From NCBI RefSeq assembly GCF_008065095.1, contig NZ_CP042911.1:1170001-1202000 (forward strand): DNA of 32,000 nucleotides. The letters run 5' to 3'. Positions 7,138 through 18,983 of the stretch are shown here, in pieces. The notes beneath the pieces are model-generated. The model did no database searches and was not told the origin of the DNA. It saw nothing but the letters and a program-made list of their open reading frames with translations. This DNA is from Gemmata obscuriglobus. Lineage in GTDB: Bacteria; Planctomycetota; Planctomycetia; Gemmatales; Gemmataceae. Position 1 is the stretch's first letter, and the number at the start of each line of letters is the position of its first letter. Position numbers and translations under genes: made by a program.

Positions 7138-8151
7138 TCAAAACGTTTGGACGAACTGAAAGACGGCCCGCCGGTCGAACGGCCGGGAGGGCGTCACCGG
7201 GAGTTCGTAGCCGAACAGGAAGAAGAACCCGCGGCCGATGTGGGACCGGATGCCCGGCGTCAGCGTCACGAGCGTCCGGCCCGAGTCGTCCAACCGGGTC
7301 CGCGTGATCGCAGAGAGGAAGTACGTGAACGAGCCGAACGGAACCGCCTCCTTTGGCGTGATCGTCTGCCCGACGGCCAGGTTGGTGAACAGCACCTCGT
7401 CGGGCGCGGCGCTCCGGCCGAGTTCGATGTCGATGCCCGCACCGCCGCGGACCGACCACCCGCCGCCGACCGCCGTCCAGAACGCGAACAGCGGGGCGAT
7501 TCGGGTCTGGTTCTCGCCGTTCCGGTCGTCGCCGATCGGGACGCGGATCGACGCCCCGGCGGAGAGCGACAGGTTCTTCGTCTCGTGGATCATCACCCGG
7601 GGGGTGACGACCAGGTCGGCCAGCCCGGACCCGGTGCGCCGCACGGCCGGCGAATCGACGAGGCCCAGCCCGTCGATCCCGATGAACAGGCGCCGGCTGA
7701 GGGGGGTGACGAACTGGAACGTGCCGAACTGGCTGCCGTCCTCGTTGCGCCCGTACGTTCGCCCGTACAGAACGTTGGCCGAGCGCGGGAAGAAGCCGTC
7801 GAGGGTGTTCAACCAGCCGTCGCGCGGGGCACCACCGGTTCCCACCGGGTGCGGGATCCACGGCTCGCGCCACCCCTCGGTCAAGAACGTGTGGTGCGTG
7901 AGCGGCGCCCACTCCCGCGTGTCCCCGGGCATACCGACGATCGACCACCGCGCCACGTCGCGAAGGCGGAGCGGGGACGACGGTTCGCCGACGGCTTCGA
8001 GCGCTTCAACGGCTTGTGGGGCGCTCATGTCGGGGGCGCTCATGTCGTTGGACTGAGCGAACAGCGCCGGCGACAGGCAAGAGAGGGGAAATGTGGCGGC
8101 CAGAGTTAGGAGCATGTGAAACGAGCCCGATCCGATCCGTCGTGGACACAT
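7138..8151 (-). CDS. putative outer-membrane beta-barrel protein (family unassigned)
   Basis: Signal-peptide-like N-terminus MCPRRIGSGSFHMLLTLAATFPLSCLSPALFAQS; alternative starts at 8115 or 8268. Alternating hydrophobic/polar strands. C-terminal ...AVFQFVQTF ends in an aromatic residue, as in BAM substrates. Contains a 15-nt tandem duplication encoding MSAPD-MSAPQ. Confidence 0.6.
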   Translation of the reverse strand: MCPRRIGSGSFHMLLTLAATFPLSCLSPALFAQSNDMSAPDMSAPQAVEALEAVGEPSSPLRLRDVARWSIVGMPGDTREWAPLTHHTFLTEGWREPWIPHPVGTGGAPRDGWLNTLDGFFPRSANVLYGRTYGRNEDGSQFGTFQFVTPLSRRLFIGIDGLGLVDSPAVRRTGSGLADLVVTPRVMIHETKNLSLSAGASIRVPIGDDRNGENQTRIAPLFAFWTAVGGGWSVRGGAGIDIELGRSAAPDEVLFTNLAVGQTITPKEAVPFGSFTYFLSAITRTRLDDSGRTLVTLTPGIRSHIGRGFFFLFGYELPVTPSRPFDRRAVFQFVQTF

Positions 8152-8312
8152 GTAAATCTCGCTCGCGCTGCGCGTGTGTCGGGAGAAATCAGGACAGTGA
8201 CAGTGATCGGTCTGAATAGCGGCAAAGGTCAGTGATTCGCGCGGCAGAAATAGGACGCTTGCGAACAATAGCGAATTTGTAACGCCTGGGAACCAGGCAA
8301 ACCGGGGGCAAT

Positions 8313-10301
8313 ATGAATTGGCTCGCGAACTTGTCGGTCGCTTGGAAATTGGCAGTGGGGTTCGGTGCGGTGATCGTGACCACCGGCGCGGTGTCGGCGT
8401 TCGCGTACCGCGGGGTTTTGGCGGACCAGCGGGCCGGGGAGATGGTGCGGCACACCAACGAGGTCATCAGCAACGCGGCCGACGCCCAGAGCGCCTTGGT
8501 GAACATGGAAACCGGGTACCGCGGGTTCCTCGTCACCGGCCGCGACGAGTTCCTTGAGCCGTACAACGCCGGCAAGACCGACTACACGCAGCGGCTGCGG
8601 GAGCTGCTGCGGCTGACGGCCGACAACCCGGCCCAGTGCGACCGGTGGCGGGAGATCGAGCAGCAGGCGGCCGGGTGGCAGCGTGAGGTGACCGAAGTCG
8701 GCATCCGGCTGAAGCGCAAGAGCGGCGAGGGCGGGGACAACACCGAGGTGCTGCGGCTGGAGACGAGCGGCCTGGGCAAAAAGCGGTTCGACACGATCCG
8801 TCAGGTGTTTGCGACGGCGATCCAGATCGAGCGCGACCTGATGGACAAGCGGGTCGCCGAGGCGCGCCACGCGCGCTCGGACCTCCTGGACGTGCTGATC
8901 TGGGGCTCCCTCGCCGCGGCCGCGGCGGCCGTCGGCATCGCGACCCTTCTCAGCCAGGTGATCACGCGACCGCTCAAGCGGTGCGTCGAAGTGCTGGAAT
9001 GCACCGCGAAAGGGGACTTGTCGCAGCGCGCGGAGGTACACACGCACGACGAACTGGGCCGGCTGGCCCGGGCACTGAACACGGCCACGGAATCGATCCG
9101 GGCGGCCAAGGAGGCGGAGCGTACGGCGGCGGTGCGGGACCGCGAGCGTGCCGATCGGGAGGCCGCGGCCGAGCGCGAGCGGCAGGAGCGCGAGGCCGCG
9201 GTGGAGCGCGAGCGGCAGGAGCGCGAGGCCGCCGCGGCCGCCGAGTTGCGGCGCAAGGCGAGCACCATTCAGGACACCATCCGGGCGCTGGCGGCGGGCG
9301 ACTTCACCGCCACCGTGCCGGACCTGGGGACCGACGACATGGGCCAGATGGGGCGCTCCCTGAACGAGGCGGTGCTCAGCGTGCGGACCGCCATGGAAGG
9401 GGTGCGCGAGGTGTCCGAGCAACTGGCCGACGCGAGCGGCCAACTGTCCAGCGCCAGTGAGGAGATCTCGTCCGGGGCCCAGGAGCAGGCCAGCAGCCTG
9501 GAGGAGACGGCCAGCTCGCTGCAGGAGATCACCGCCACGGTCAAGCAGAGCGCGGACAACGCTCAGCAGGCCCGGCAGTTGGCCAGCGGGTCCAAGGAGG
9601 TGGCCGAGCGGGGCGGCGCCGTGGTGAGCGGCGCCGTCGACGCCATGAGCGAGATCAACGCATCCAGCAAGAAGATCGCCGACATCATCACCACCATTGA
9701 TGAGATCGCGTTCCAGACCAACCTGCTGGCCCTCAACGCCGCCGTCGAGGCCGCACGCGCCGGCGAGCAGGGCCGCGGGTTCGCCGTCGTCGCCACCGAG
9801 GTCCGCAACCTGGCCCAGCGGTCCGCCACCGCCGCCAAGGAGATCAAGGGGCTGATCCAGGACTCCGTCAAGAAGGTCGAGGCCGGCACCGAACTGGTCA
9901 ACAAGTCCGGAGACACCCTGGCCGAGATCGTCACCAGCGTCAAGCGGGTCACCGACATCGTCACCGAGATGGCCGCCGCCAGCCGCGAGCAGTCCACCGG
10001 CATCGAGCAGGTCAACAAGGCCGTCTCCCAGATGGACACCGTCACCCAGCGGAACGCCTCCCAGACCGAAGAAATGAGCGCCACCGCACAGACCCTGACC
10101 GACCAGGCCGGCCAGCTCCGCGACCTGGTCGGCCGGTTCAAGCTGGGCAGTGACGGGCACGCCCCGGCGGCCCGGCCGGCGAAGCGGTCGGCGCCGAAGC
10201 CCCGGCCGGCGGTAGCCAAGGCGCTCAAGCGGAGCGCCACCGGCAGCGGCGGCGGGCACGAGCTCGACGCCATGGGCGGCGACGGGTTCAGCGACTTCTG
10301 A
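8313..10301 (+). CDS. methyl-accepting chemotaxis protein 1 (CHASE3-like sensor, two HAMP-like segments, MA domain)
   Basis: N-terminal TM, then [36 protein letters not shown] (CHASE3-like). HAMP-like [32 protein letters not shown]. Hairpin-tip signature [47 protein letters not shown] lies 5 nt before the ATG. Confidence 0.93.
   Translation: MNWLANLSVAWKLAVGFGAVIVTTGAVSAFAYRGVLADQRAGEMVRHTNEVISNAADAQSALVNMETGYRGFLVTGRDEFLEPYNAGKTDYTQRLRELLRLTADNPAQCDRWREIEQQAAGWQREVTEVGIRLKRKSGEGGDNTEVLRLETSGLGKKRFDTIRQVFATAIQIERDLMDKRVAEARHARSDLLDVLIWGSLAAAAAAVGIATLLSQVITRPLKRCVEVLECTAKGDLSQRAEVHTHDELGRLARALNTATESIRAAKEAERTAAVRDRERADREAAAERERQEREAAVERERQEREAAAAAELRRKASTIQDTIRALAAGDFTATVPDLGTDDMGQMGRSLNEAVLSVRTAMEGVREVSEQLADASGQLSSASEEISSGAQEQASSLEETASSLQEITATVKQSADNAQQARQLASGSKEVAERGGAVVSGAVDAMSEINASSKKIADIITTIDEIAFQTNLLALNAAVEAARAGEQGRGFAVVATEVRNLAQRSATAAKEIKGLIQDSVKKVEAGTELVNKSGDTLAEIVTSVKRVTDIVTEMAAASREQSTGIEQVNKAVSQMDTVTQRNASQTEEMSATAQTLTDQAGQLRDLVGRFKLGSDGHAPAARPAKRSAPKPRPAVAKALKRSATGSGGGHELDAMGGDGFSDF
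9141..10301 (+). repeat. conserved MCP 3' module, copy 1 (paralogous direct repeat)
   Basis: Collinear with 11242-12405. The sub-segment 9651-10301 is collinear with 14067-14717 at constant offset 4416, with only about 3 mismatches seen in the first ~540 nt. Confidence 0.85.
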
Positions 10302-10398
10302 CACCACGTCCGGTTAAGGATCAACCGCTCGGCAGGGCGTCAGTTGCGCCTGCCGGGCGTCTCGTCGCGCACACCCTAACTGATCGGAGACACGACCC

Positions 10399-12405
10399 AT
10401 GATCGACTCAATGCTTGCGGCTCTGTCGAAGATGCGCCTGGGGCCGCGCCTGGTGGGCGGCTTCCTCATCATCGCCGGGGCGTGCGCGTTCCTCGCGTAC
10501 CAGTCGATGGACGCGCTCGGTGGGCTCCGCGAGTGCCAGGTGAACGCCAACACCAACCTGGTCCCCTCGGCCCTAACCCTGGGCAAAATGAGCACCAGCA
10601 TCGTGACGGTCCAGCGCTCCGAGCGCACCGGGATCATCTTCGGCAAGCGTGGCGACGAGGCGAACCTGAGAACGGCCAAGGCGTCATGCGAGCAGGGGCG
10701 GCGGGTGGCCGACGACGAAGCCAAGGCGTACACGTCCATGCCGATGTCGGACAAGGAAGCGGTCCAGTGGAAGGCGTTCGAGACCAAGTACGTTGAGTGG
10801 AAGCGGCTCAGCGACGAGATCCTGGCGCAGATCGACCGCCGCGAGTTCGATAAGGCCGAGGAGGCCCTGTCCCGCGAAACCCCGGTCATGCGCGAGATGA
10901 ACGCCGCACTGATGGCCCTGCTGGACGGGCAGCAGGCGATCAGCAAGGAGGAAAACGCCAAGGCCAACGAGGTGTTCGACCACGGCCGGCGGACCCTGTG
11001 GGCGGTGAGCATCGGGGCGGTGCTCGCCGCGGTCGGGCTGGGGTTGCTGCTGACCGCGTCGGTCATGCGCCCGCTGACCGCGACCATCTCCGTGCTCGAG
11101 GGCGTGACGAAGGGGGATCTGAGCCGCAAGGTGGAGGTGAAGTCGGAGGACGAGATGGCACAACTGGGGACCGCGCTGAACGTGGCCATCGCCGGCCTGG
11201 CCGCAGCCAAGGAGGCCGAGCGGGCGGCGGCCGCGCGGGACAAGGAGCGTGCCGATCGGGAGGCCGCGGCCGAGCGGGAGCGGATGGAGCGGGAGGCCGC
11301 GGTGGAGCGCGAGCGGCAGGAGCGCGAGGCCGCGATGGCGGCCGAGGTGCGGCGCAAGGCGAGCACCATTCAGGACACCATCCGGGCGCTGGCGGCGGGC
11401 GACTTCACCGCCACCGTGCCGGACCTGGGGACCGACGACATGGGCCAGATGGCCCGCTCCCTGAACGAGGCGGTACTCAGCGTGCGGACGGCCATGGAAG
11501 GTGTGCGCGAGGTGTCCGAGCAGTTGGCCGACGCGAGCGGCCAGTTGTCCAGCGCCAGCGACGAGATCTCGTCCGGGGCCCAGGAGCAGGCCAGCAGCCT
11601 GGAGGAGACGGCCAGCTCGCTGCAAGAGATCACCGCCACGGTCAAGCAGAGCGCGGACAACGCCCAGCAGGCCCGGCAGTTGGCCAGCGGGTCCAAGGAG
11701 GTGGCCGAGCGGGGCGGCGCCGTGGTGAGCGGCGCCGTCGAGGCCATGAGCGAGATCAACGCGTCCAGCAAGAAGATCGCGGACATCATCACGACGATCG
11801 ATGAGATCGCGTTCCAAACCAACCTGCTGGCCCTCAACGCCGCCGTCGAGGCCGCACGCGCCGGCGAGCAGGGCCGCGGGTTTGCCGTCGTCGCCACCGA
11901 GGTCCGCAACCTGGCCCAGCGGTCCGCCACCGCCGCCAAGGAGATCAAGGGGCTGATCAACGACAGCGTGAAGAAGGTGGAGGCGGGCACCGAGCTGGTG
12001 AACAAGTCCGGCGACACCCTCGCCGAGATCGTGACCAGCGTGAAGCGGGTCACCGACATCGTGACCGAGATGGCCGCCGCCAGCCGCGAGCAGTCCAGCG
12101 GCATCGAGCAGGTCAACAAGGCCGTCTCCCAGATGGACACCGTCACCCAGCGGAACGCCTCCCAGACCGAAGAAATGAGCGCCACCGCACAGGCCCTCAC
12201 CGACCAGGCCGGCCAGCTCCGCGACCTGGTCGGCCGATTCAAGTTGGGGCACGGGAGCGCGGCCCCGGCGGCCCGGCCGGCGAAGCGGGCGGCCGGGCCG
12301 AAGCCCCGGCCGGCGGTGGCCAAGGCGCTCAAGCGGAGCACCACCGGCAGCGGCGGCGGGCACGAGCTCGACGCCATGGGCGGCGACGGGTTCAGCGACT
12401 TCTGA
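10399..12405 (+). CDS. methyl-accepting chemotaxis protein 2 (four-helix-bundle type sensor, two HAMP-like segments, MA domain)
   Basis: N-terminus [40 protein letters not shown] is paralogous to MCP4. Same MA-domain signature as MCP1. GGAGA lies 8 nt before the ATG. Confidence 0.93.
   Translation: MIDSMLAALSKMRLGPRLVGGFLIIAGACAFLAYQSMDALGGLRECQVNANTNLVPSALTLGKMSTSIVTVQRSERTGIIFGKRGDEANLRTAKASCEQGRRVADDEAKAYTSMPMSDKEAVQWKAFETKYVEWKRLSDEILAQIDRREFDKAEEALSRETPVMREMNAALMALLDGQQAISKEENAKANEVFDHGRRTLWAVSIGAVLAAVGLGLLLTASVMRPLTATISVLEGVTKGDLSRKVEVKSEDEMAQLGTALNVAIAGLAAAKEAERAAAARDKERADREAAAERERMEREAAVERERQEREAAMAAEVRRKASTIQDTIRALAAGDFTATVPDLGTDDMGQMARSLNEAVLSVRTAMEGVREVSEQLADASGQLSSASDEISSGAQEQASSLEETASSLQEITATVKQSADNAQQARQLASGSKEVAERGGAVVSGAVEAMSEINASSKKIADIITTIDEIAFQTNLLALNAAVEAARAGEQGRGFAVVATEVRNLAQRSATAAKEIKGLINDSVKKVEAGTELVNKSGDTLAEIVTSVKRVTDIVTEMAAASREQSSGIEQVNKAVSQMDTVTQRNASQTEEMSATAQALTDQAGQLRDLVGRFKLGHGSAAPAARPAKRAAGPKPRPAVAKALKRSTTGSGGGHELDAMGGDGFSDF
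11242..12405 (+). repeat. conserved MCP 3' module, copy 2
   Basis: About 97% identical by eye to MCP1 over 11351-11751. More diverged, mostly synonymous, further 3'. The last ~250 nt are nearly identical to MCP4 instead. Confidence 0.85.
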
Positions 12406-12609
12406 CACCCGGTCGCACGACGCCCGACGAACCGTCGCCGCGCCGCTCAGAGGGAACCCTCTTGCCTTTCACAGGCCCCGGTGGCGGTACAGAGAGCCAC
12501 CGGGCCGGCTCGTTTCGAGTGCGGGCAACAGCCGCACGGCCACGACAGGGGAAACGTCAGGAAAATCCTTACAATCAATTCACGATATATATATCAGGAA
12601 AATCTGCCC

Positions 12610-12638
12610 CCGCGGGCGCAGGTCGCGCCCGCGGTTTT
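12610..12638 (+). terminator. intrinsic-terminator-like hairpin between MCP2 and MCP3
   Basis: CCGCGGGCGC (12610-12619) pairs with GCGCCCGCGG (12625-12634), loop aggtc, followed by TTTT (12635-12638). Sits 205 nt after the MCP2 stop and 55 nt before the MCP3 start. Confidence 0.55.
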
Positions 12639-12692
12639 CCCATCTGGTCGCGCGCCCGAGACGGCGGCCGGACTTGCAGAGGAGGGTGGCGC

Positions 12693-14717
12693 ATGAAATG
12701 GTTCCTGGACCGCTCGGTCGCGACCAAACTCCTCCTCGGCTTCGCCGCGGTGTGCGCGGCCGCGGTGGCGAGCGGCGCCTTCGGGTCCGACGGCCTCTCC
12801 CAGTCGCGCGAGCGCATGGGGATTTTGTACGCCGACTACACCGTGGCCGGGACCGACCTGGCCAAATCGTCCGTCAACCTGGCCCGCTACCGGAACGGGC
12901 TGGCGCGGGCCACGGCCGCGAAAGACCGGCACACGGCCGAGCGGCTCATTGAGGACCAGCGCCCGCACCGCCAGCAGATCACCGACGGGCTGAGCGCGTA
13001 CGCCGGGACCGTGCTGCGCACCTCGCGGAGCGGCCGGGACGAGCGCGCGGACCTGGACAAGGTGCGGGCCGCGACGGACGCCTACTTCGCCGCCGCGGAC
13101 CGCATGGAGGGGGCGGTTCGCGACTACTGGGCGGCCGGCGACAAGGACCGCACGCGCCGGGCCGGCGCGGTCGCCGAGGCGGTCGCCGAGGGAGACCGGA
13201 AGTTCGACGCCGCCGCGGCGGCCCTGGACGAGCTGGTGAAAACCGTCGCCGAGGTCGCCAAGGACATCAACGAGGACGGCAACGCGGTCGTGGACAAGGT
13301 CCAGTCGGCGCTCCGGGCCTGTACCCTGGTCGCTACCGCTTTGAGCATCGCGATCGGGCTGCTGGCGGCGCGATCGATCGCCCGCCCGCTCTCCGACTGC
13401 GTCACGGTGCTCGAGGCCGCGAGCCGGGGGGACCTGTCGCGGCAGGCCGCCGCCGGCAACCGGGACGAGGTCGGGCGCCTGGCCGCCGCGCTCAACACGA
13501 CCATCGACGCCCTGCGAGCCGCCAAGGAGGCGGACCGGGGCCGCGCCGAGGCCGAGACGCAGCGCCTCCAGCGTGAGGCCGCCGCCGAGCGGGAGCGGTT
13601 GGAGCGGGAACAAGCCGCGGCTGCCGCGCGGCTGGAGCACGAGCGGGCCGCCGCGGCCGAGTTGCGGCACAAGGTACAGGCCATCCAGGGGACCATCCGG
13701 GCGCTGGCGGCGGGCGACTTCACCGCCTCGGTGCCGGACCTGGGGACCGACGACATGGGCCAGATGGCCCGCTCCCTGAACGAAGCGGTACTGAACGTGC
13801 GGACCGCTTTGGAAGGGGTGCGTGAGGTGTCCGAGCAACTGGCCGACGCGTCCGGCCAGCTGTCCAGCGCCAGCGACGAGATCTCGTCCGGAGCCCAGGA
13901 GCAGGCCAGCAGCCTGGAGGAGACGGCGTCCACCCTGCAGGAGATCACGTCCACGGTGCGGCAGAGCGCCGACAGCGCCCAGCAGGCGCGGCAGCTCGCC
14001 AGCGGGTCCAAGGAGGTCGCCGAAAAGGGCGGGAGCGTGGTGAGTTCCGCGGTCGGCGCGATGAGCGAGATCAACGCATCCAGCAAGAAGATCGCCGACA
14101 TCATCACCACCATTGATGAGATCGCGTTCCAGACCAACCTGCTGGCCCTCAACGCCGCCGTCGAGGCCGCACGCGCCGGCGAGCAGGGCCGCGGGTTCGC
14201 CGTCGTCGCCACCGAGGTCCGCAACCTGGCCCAGCGGTCCGCCACCGCCGCCAAGGAGATCAAGGGGCTGATCCAGGACTCCGTCAAGAAGGTCGAGGCC
14301 GGCACCGAGCTGGTCAACAAGTCCGGAGACACCCTCGCCGAGATCGTCACCAGCGTCAAGCGGGTCACCGACATCGTCACCGAGATGGCCGCCGCCAGCC
14401 GCGAGCAGTCCACCGGCATCGAGCAGGTCAACAAGGCCGTCTCCCAGATGGACACCGTCACCCAGCGGAACGCCTCCCAGACCGAAGAAATGAGCGCCAC
14501 CGCACAGACCCTGACCGACCAGGCCGGACAGCTCCGCGACCTGGTCGGCCGGTTCAAGCTGGGCAGTGACGGGCACGCCCCGGCGGCCCGGCCGGCGAAG
14601 CGGGCCGCGCCGAAGCCCCGGCCGGCGGTGGCCAAGGCGCTCAAGCGGAGCGGCAGCGGCGGCGGCGGCGGGCACGAACTGGACGCCATGGGCGGCGACG
14701 GGTTCAGCGACTTCTGA
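12693..14717 (+). CDS. methyl-accepting chemotaxis protein 3 (four-helix-bundle type sensor, two HAMP-like segments, MA domain)
   Basis: Start moved to ATG 12693 ([20 protein letters not shown]..) with GGAGGG 7 nt upstream. The 77 codons upstream in the ORF-track ORF are R/G-rich and span the terminator-like hairpin. MA signature as in MCP1. Confidence 0.9.
   Translation: MKWFLDRSVATKLLLGFAAVCAAAVASGAFGSDGLSQSRERMGILYADYTVAGTDLAKSSVNLARYRNGLARATAAKDRHTAERLIEDQRPHRQQITDGLSAYAGTVLRTSRSGRDERADLDKVRAATDAYFAAADRMEGAVRDYWAAGDKDRTRRAGAVAEAVAEGDRKFDAAAAALDELVKTVAEVAKDINEDGNAVVDKVQSALRACTLVATALSIAIGLLAARSIARPLSDCVTVLEAASRGDLSRQAAAGNRDEVGRLAAALNTTIDALRAAKEADRGRAEAETQRLQREAAAERERLEREQAAAAARLEHERAAAAELRHKVQAIQGTIRALAAGDFTASVPDLGTDDMGQMARSLNEAVLNVRTALEGVREVSEQLADASGQLSSASDEISSGAQEQASSLEETASTLQEITSTVRQSADSAQQARQLASGSKEVAEKGGSVVSSAVGAMSEINASSKKIADIITTIDEIAFQTNLLALNAAVEAARAGEQGRGFAVVATEVRNLAQRSATAAKEIKGLIQDSVKKVEAGTELVNKSGDTLAEIVTSVKRVTDIVTEMAAASREQSTGIEQVNKAVSQMDTVTQRNASQTEEMSATAQTLTDQAGQLRDLVGRFKLGSDGHAPAARPAKRAAPKPRPAVAKALKRSGSGGGGGHELDAMGGDGFSDF
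13690..14717 (+). repeat. conserved MCP 3' module, copy 3
   Basis: See copy 1. Near-identity to MCP1 from 14067 to the stop, continuing about 20 nt past the stop (tgacaccacgtccggtta). Confidence 0.85.
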
Positions 14718-14899
14718 CACCACGTCCGGTTACTCCTTAATTGTTCGGCAGGCTTCGGTTGCGCCCGGCGCTCCCAAGCACCGGTGCCCCTTCAACCCGG
14801 ACGCGGCCCGGTCCGCGCCGGCGGTTCTGTTCGAATCCTGTTCAGAACTGGGCAAATTTCGGCACCGCCGCGTCGATGCTTGAAATTACCAGCACCGTT

Positions 14900-14933
14900 C
14901 CTGCGCACACGTCCTCTTCGTTTCGGGCGCAGG
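14900..14933 (+). promoter_or_regulatory. leader stem-loop 23 nt upstream of cheW-2
   Basis: CCTGCGC (14900-14906) pairs with GCGCAGG (14927-14933). The flanking sequence (gatgcttg..., ...gtgagaATG) is homologous to the cheW-1 leader. Confidence 0.4.
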
Positions 14934-14955
14934 CACACAGAACCGTAGTGTGAGA

Positions 14956-15444
14956 ATGGATACGAACGAGCCCAACGGCCCGCCGGCCCTCTCCACCGGC
15001 AGCGGCCAGTTCCTGACGTTCCGGCTGCGGGACGAGGAGTTCGGGGTGGACCTGCTCCGGGTCCAAGAAATTCGCGGGTACTCGAAGGTGACGGCGCTCC
15101 CGAACACCCCGCCCGAGGTGCGCGGGGTGCTGAACCTGCGCGGGGCGGTGATCCCGATCCTGGACCTGCGCGTCCGGTTCGGCCTGCCCCCCACCGAGTA
15201 CACCCCGTTCACCGTGATCGTCGTGGTGACCGTGGCCGACAAGGCCGTCGGGCTCATCGTGGACGCGGTGTCGGACGTGCTCAACGTGGGGGCCAAAGAC
15301 GTGGTCCCCACGCCCGACCTGGGCACCCGGGCCGAGACCGCCCTGCTCACCGGGATCGCCCGGGACGGGCCGCGGCTCGTGTCCCTCATCAACATCGACC
15401 GGCTCGTCGGGGCGGCCGCCCCGGAGCCCGCGCACGCGTTTTGA
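14956..15444 (+). CDS. cheW: chemotaxis coupling protein CheW (copy 2)
   Basis: About 85% aa identity by eye to CheW-1. ATG 14956 aligns with the cheW-1 ATG (gtgaagaATG vs gtgagaATG). The ORF-track start at 14950 is a GTG two codons upstream. Confidence 0.92.
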   Translation: MDTNEPNGPPALSTGSGQFLTFRLRDEEFGVDLLRVQEIRGYSKVTALPNTPPEVRGVLNLRGAVIPILDLRVRFGLPPTEYTPFTVIVVVTVADKAVGLIVDAVSDVLNVGAKDVVPTPDLGTRAETALLTGIARDGPRLVSLINIDRLVGAAAPEPAHAF

Positions 15445-15526
15445 TGACAGCCAACCCCTTCCGTCCGGCGCGCGAATGGACGCGCCGGCCCTCACTCGTG
15501 CTTGCACAGTTAGAGAGACGTGACCC

Positions 15527-17563
<2,037 letters not shown>

Positions 17564-17588
17564 CGTCCGGTCACGCGGCGTTCGCGCT

Positions 17589-17607
17589 CGCCGACCGCCG
17601 GTCGGCG
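17589..17607. terminator. short GC hairpin between convergent MCP4 and the sigma-like ORF
   Basis: CGCCGACC / GGTCGGCG, 8-bp stem with a 3-nt loop. No U-tract on either strand. Confidence 0.3.
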
Positions 17608-17628
17608 AACCGGCCCCAGGAGGCGCGC

Positions 17629-18234
17629 TCAGTCGGCGCCGCCCCGCGCGTCCAGTTCCGTGAGCAGTTTGAGCAGCCCGCGGCTGAGCGGCGCGAGCGG
17701 CCGGCCGGGCGCGTAGCTGAGCGCCGGCGGCTTCGGGTCGCCGATCTCCTCGCCGGTGCGGGTGCTCCAGCGCCGCTTCACCCGCGGGGGCGGCGCGTCG
17801 TCGTACTCTTCGAGCGACGCCGGGTCGGTCACCTCGTCGAACCCGTCGGCCGAGACCGGCAGCGGCTCCACCCGCACGGTCGCGCAACTGCTGGTGCGGT
17901 ACAGCCCGCCGTTGCGCAGCCGCTCGGCCTCGCGCCGGCACTCGGACCGCAGCCACCGGCTGGCGAACCCGCGGAACGCGCCGCCCAGGTCCCCGCCGGG
18001 CGGCAGCCGGCTCTCGTCGAACCGGGCGACGAGCTGGGTCAGGGTGACCAGCGCGCACCCCTCGATCTCCTTCTCCTCTTCGCTGCCGGCGTGGAACCCG
18101 CAGTCGGCACGCACCCCCCGGGCGATGGCCCGCGCCCAGACGAGGTGGTCCGCGGGGTCGAGCCGCAGCTCGCGGCCCTTCGGGAGCGGGGCAAAGTGGC
18201 TCGGCTGTTGCGGCCGGGTGAGGACAGCAGGCAT
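17629..18234 (-). CDS. hypothetical protein with a sigma-70 region-2-like segment
   Basis: Start set at ATG 18234 (MPAVLTRPQQ..) with GGAG 6 nt upstream. EIEGCALVTLTQLVARFDESRLPPGGDLGGAFRGFASRWLRSECRREAER resembles sigma-70 region 2.1-2.3 spacing (E..L..L...FD.....F..FA..W.R). No convincing region 4. Confidence 0.5.
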   Translation of the reverse strand: MPAVLTRPQQPSHFAPLPKGRELRLDPADHLVWARAIARGVRADCGFHAGSEEEKEIEGCALVTLTQLVARFDESRLPPGGDLGGAFRGFASRWLRSECRREAERLRNGGLYRTSSCATVRVEPLPVSADGFDEVTDPASLEEYDDAPPPRVKRRWSTRTGEEIGDPKPPALSYAPGRPLAPLSRGLLKLLTELDARGGAD

Positions 18235-18495
18235 CGCGAACTCCAGTGAACATAGGTACACATCGGAAGTGTACCGCACCGCGCCCCGGGTGCCACGCCG
18301 GTAGCGCCCGCCGGACCGGGTTTTGTGCGCGGTTGCGTGTGCAACTGCGGGAGTTGCGGGAACGCGCGGATTTGCCCGTTCGGTGCCGGCCCGTCCCCCC
18401 GCCAAGTGCTGAGGCGGGCTCGATTCCCATTCGCTCCTGTTGAAATCATGCCGCGTCTCGTGGTTCTCGGTTCGATCGCGGGGGCCGGACCCGTT

Positions 18496-18983
18496 CGGCA
18501 CACCCCGCACATTCCGATCGCATTCCCCTCAAAACGCGCTTCCGGCAGTTTTCCCGGCCCGCGTGGGGCCGTCGGCCCCGGTTCGCGTCCCATCGCGGAA
18601 CCCCACACCCCGACGCACCATCGCCATAACTAGCTATCCCATTAACACGTTGCAGCCATCCGCCCGTCGAAGCCGGGAACCCGATCCGCGTTCACCGGGA
18701 GCGTTCTCCGGGTTTTGCGGGCACGATTCGCTGGTGGCGATGCCCAGCGGGTGGGTAGCGAATCGGCAGTCCGAGGCCCCGCGAATGTCCAGTCGTGGCC
18801 CCGTCGCGTATTTCGGGTGCTTTGTAACCCCCGTTACAGCCCACATGAGCGAGACGCGCCCGGATCGCCCGCGGGAGTTCGGTCGCGGTGCGCGCGCACC
18901 GTCCTCCTACTCACCTGATGACACCGCACACGCCGCGGCTCGGTGGACGCGGCGGCCGCCGGAAGAGGGTCGGTGATGGGACG
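18496..18983 (-). repeat. full-length copy B of the ~480-bp dispersed non-coding repeat (inverted relative to copy A)
   Basis: The reverse complement aligns end to end with 2706-3185, and its first ~165 nt also align with copy C. Lies 260 nt upstream of, and co-oriented with, the sigma-like ORF. Confidence 0.8.

Noticed and set aside
12462-12692. N-terminal 77-codon extension of MCP3 as given by the ORF track.
   Set aside because: The extension is R/G-rich, crosses the AT-rich island and the terminator hairpin, and lacks a TM or signal sequence. ATG 12693 has a GGAGGG Shine-Dalgarno and begins the typical MCP N-terminal TM helix.
14821-14845. tRNA-like T-loop string gttcgaatcc.
   Set aside because: The flanks form only a simple 6-bp hairpin (gttctg/cagaac). 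No acceptor, D or anticodon arms can be drawn.
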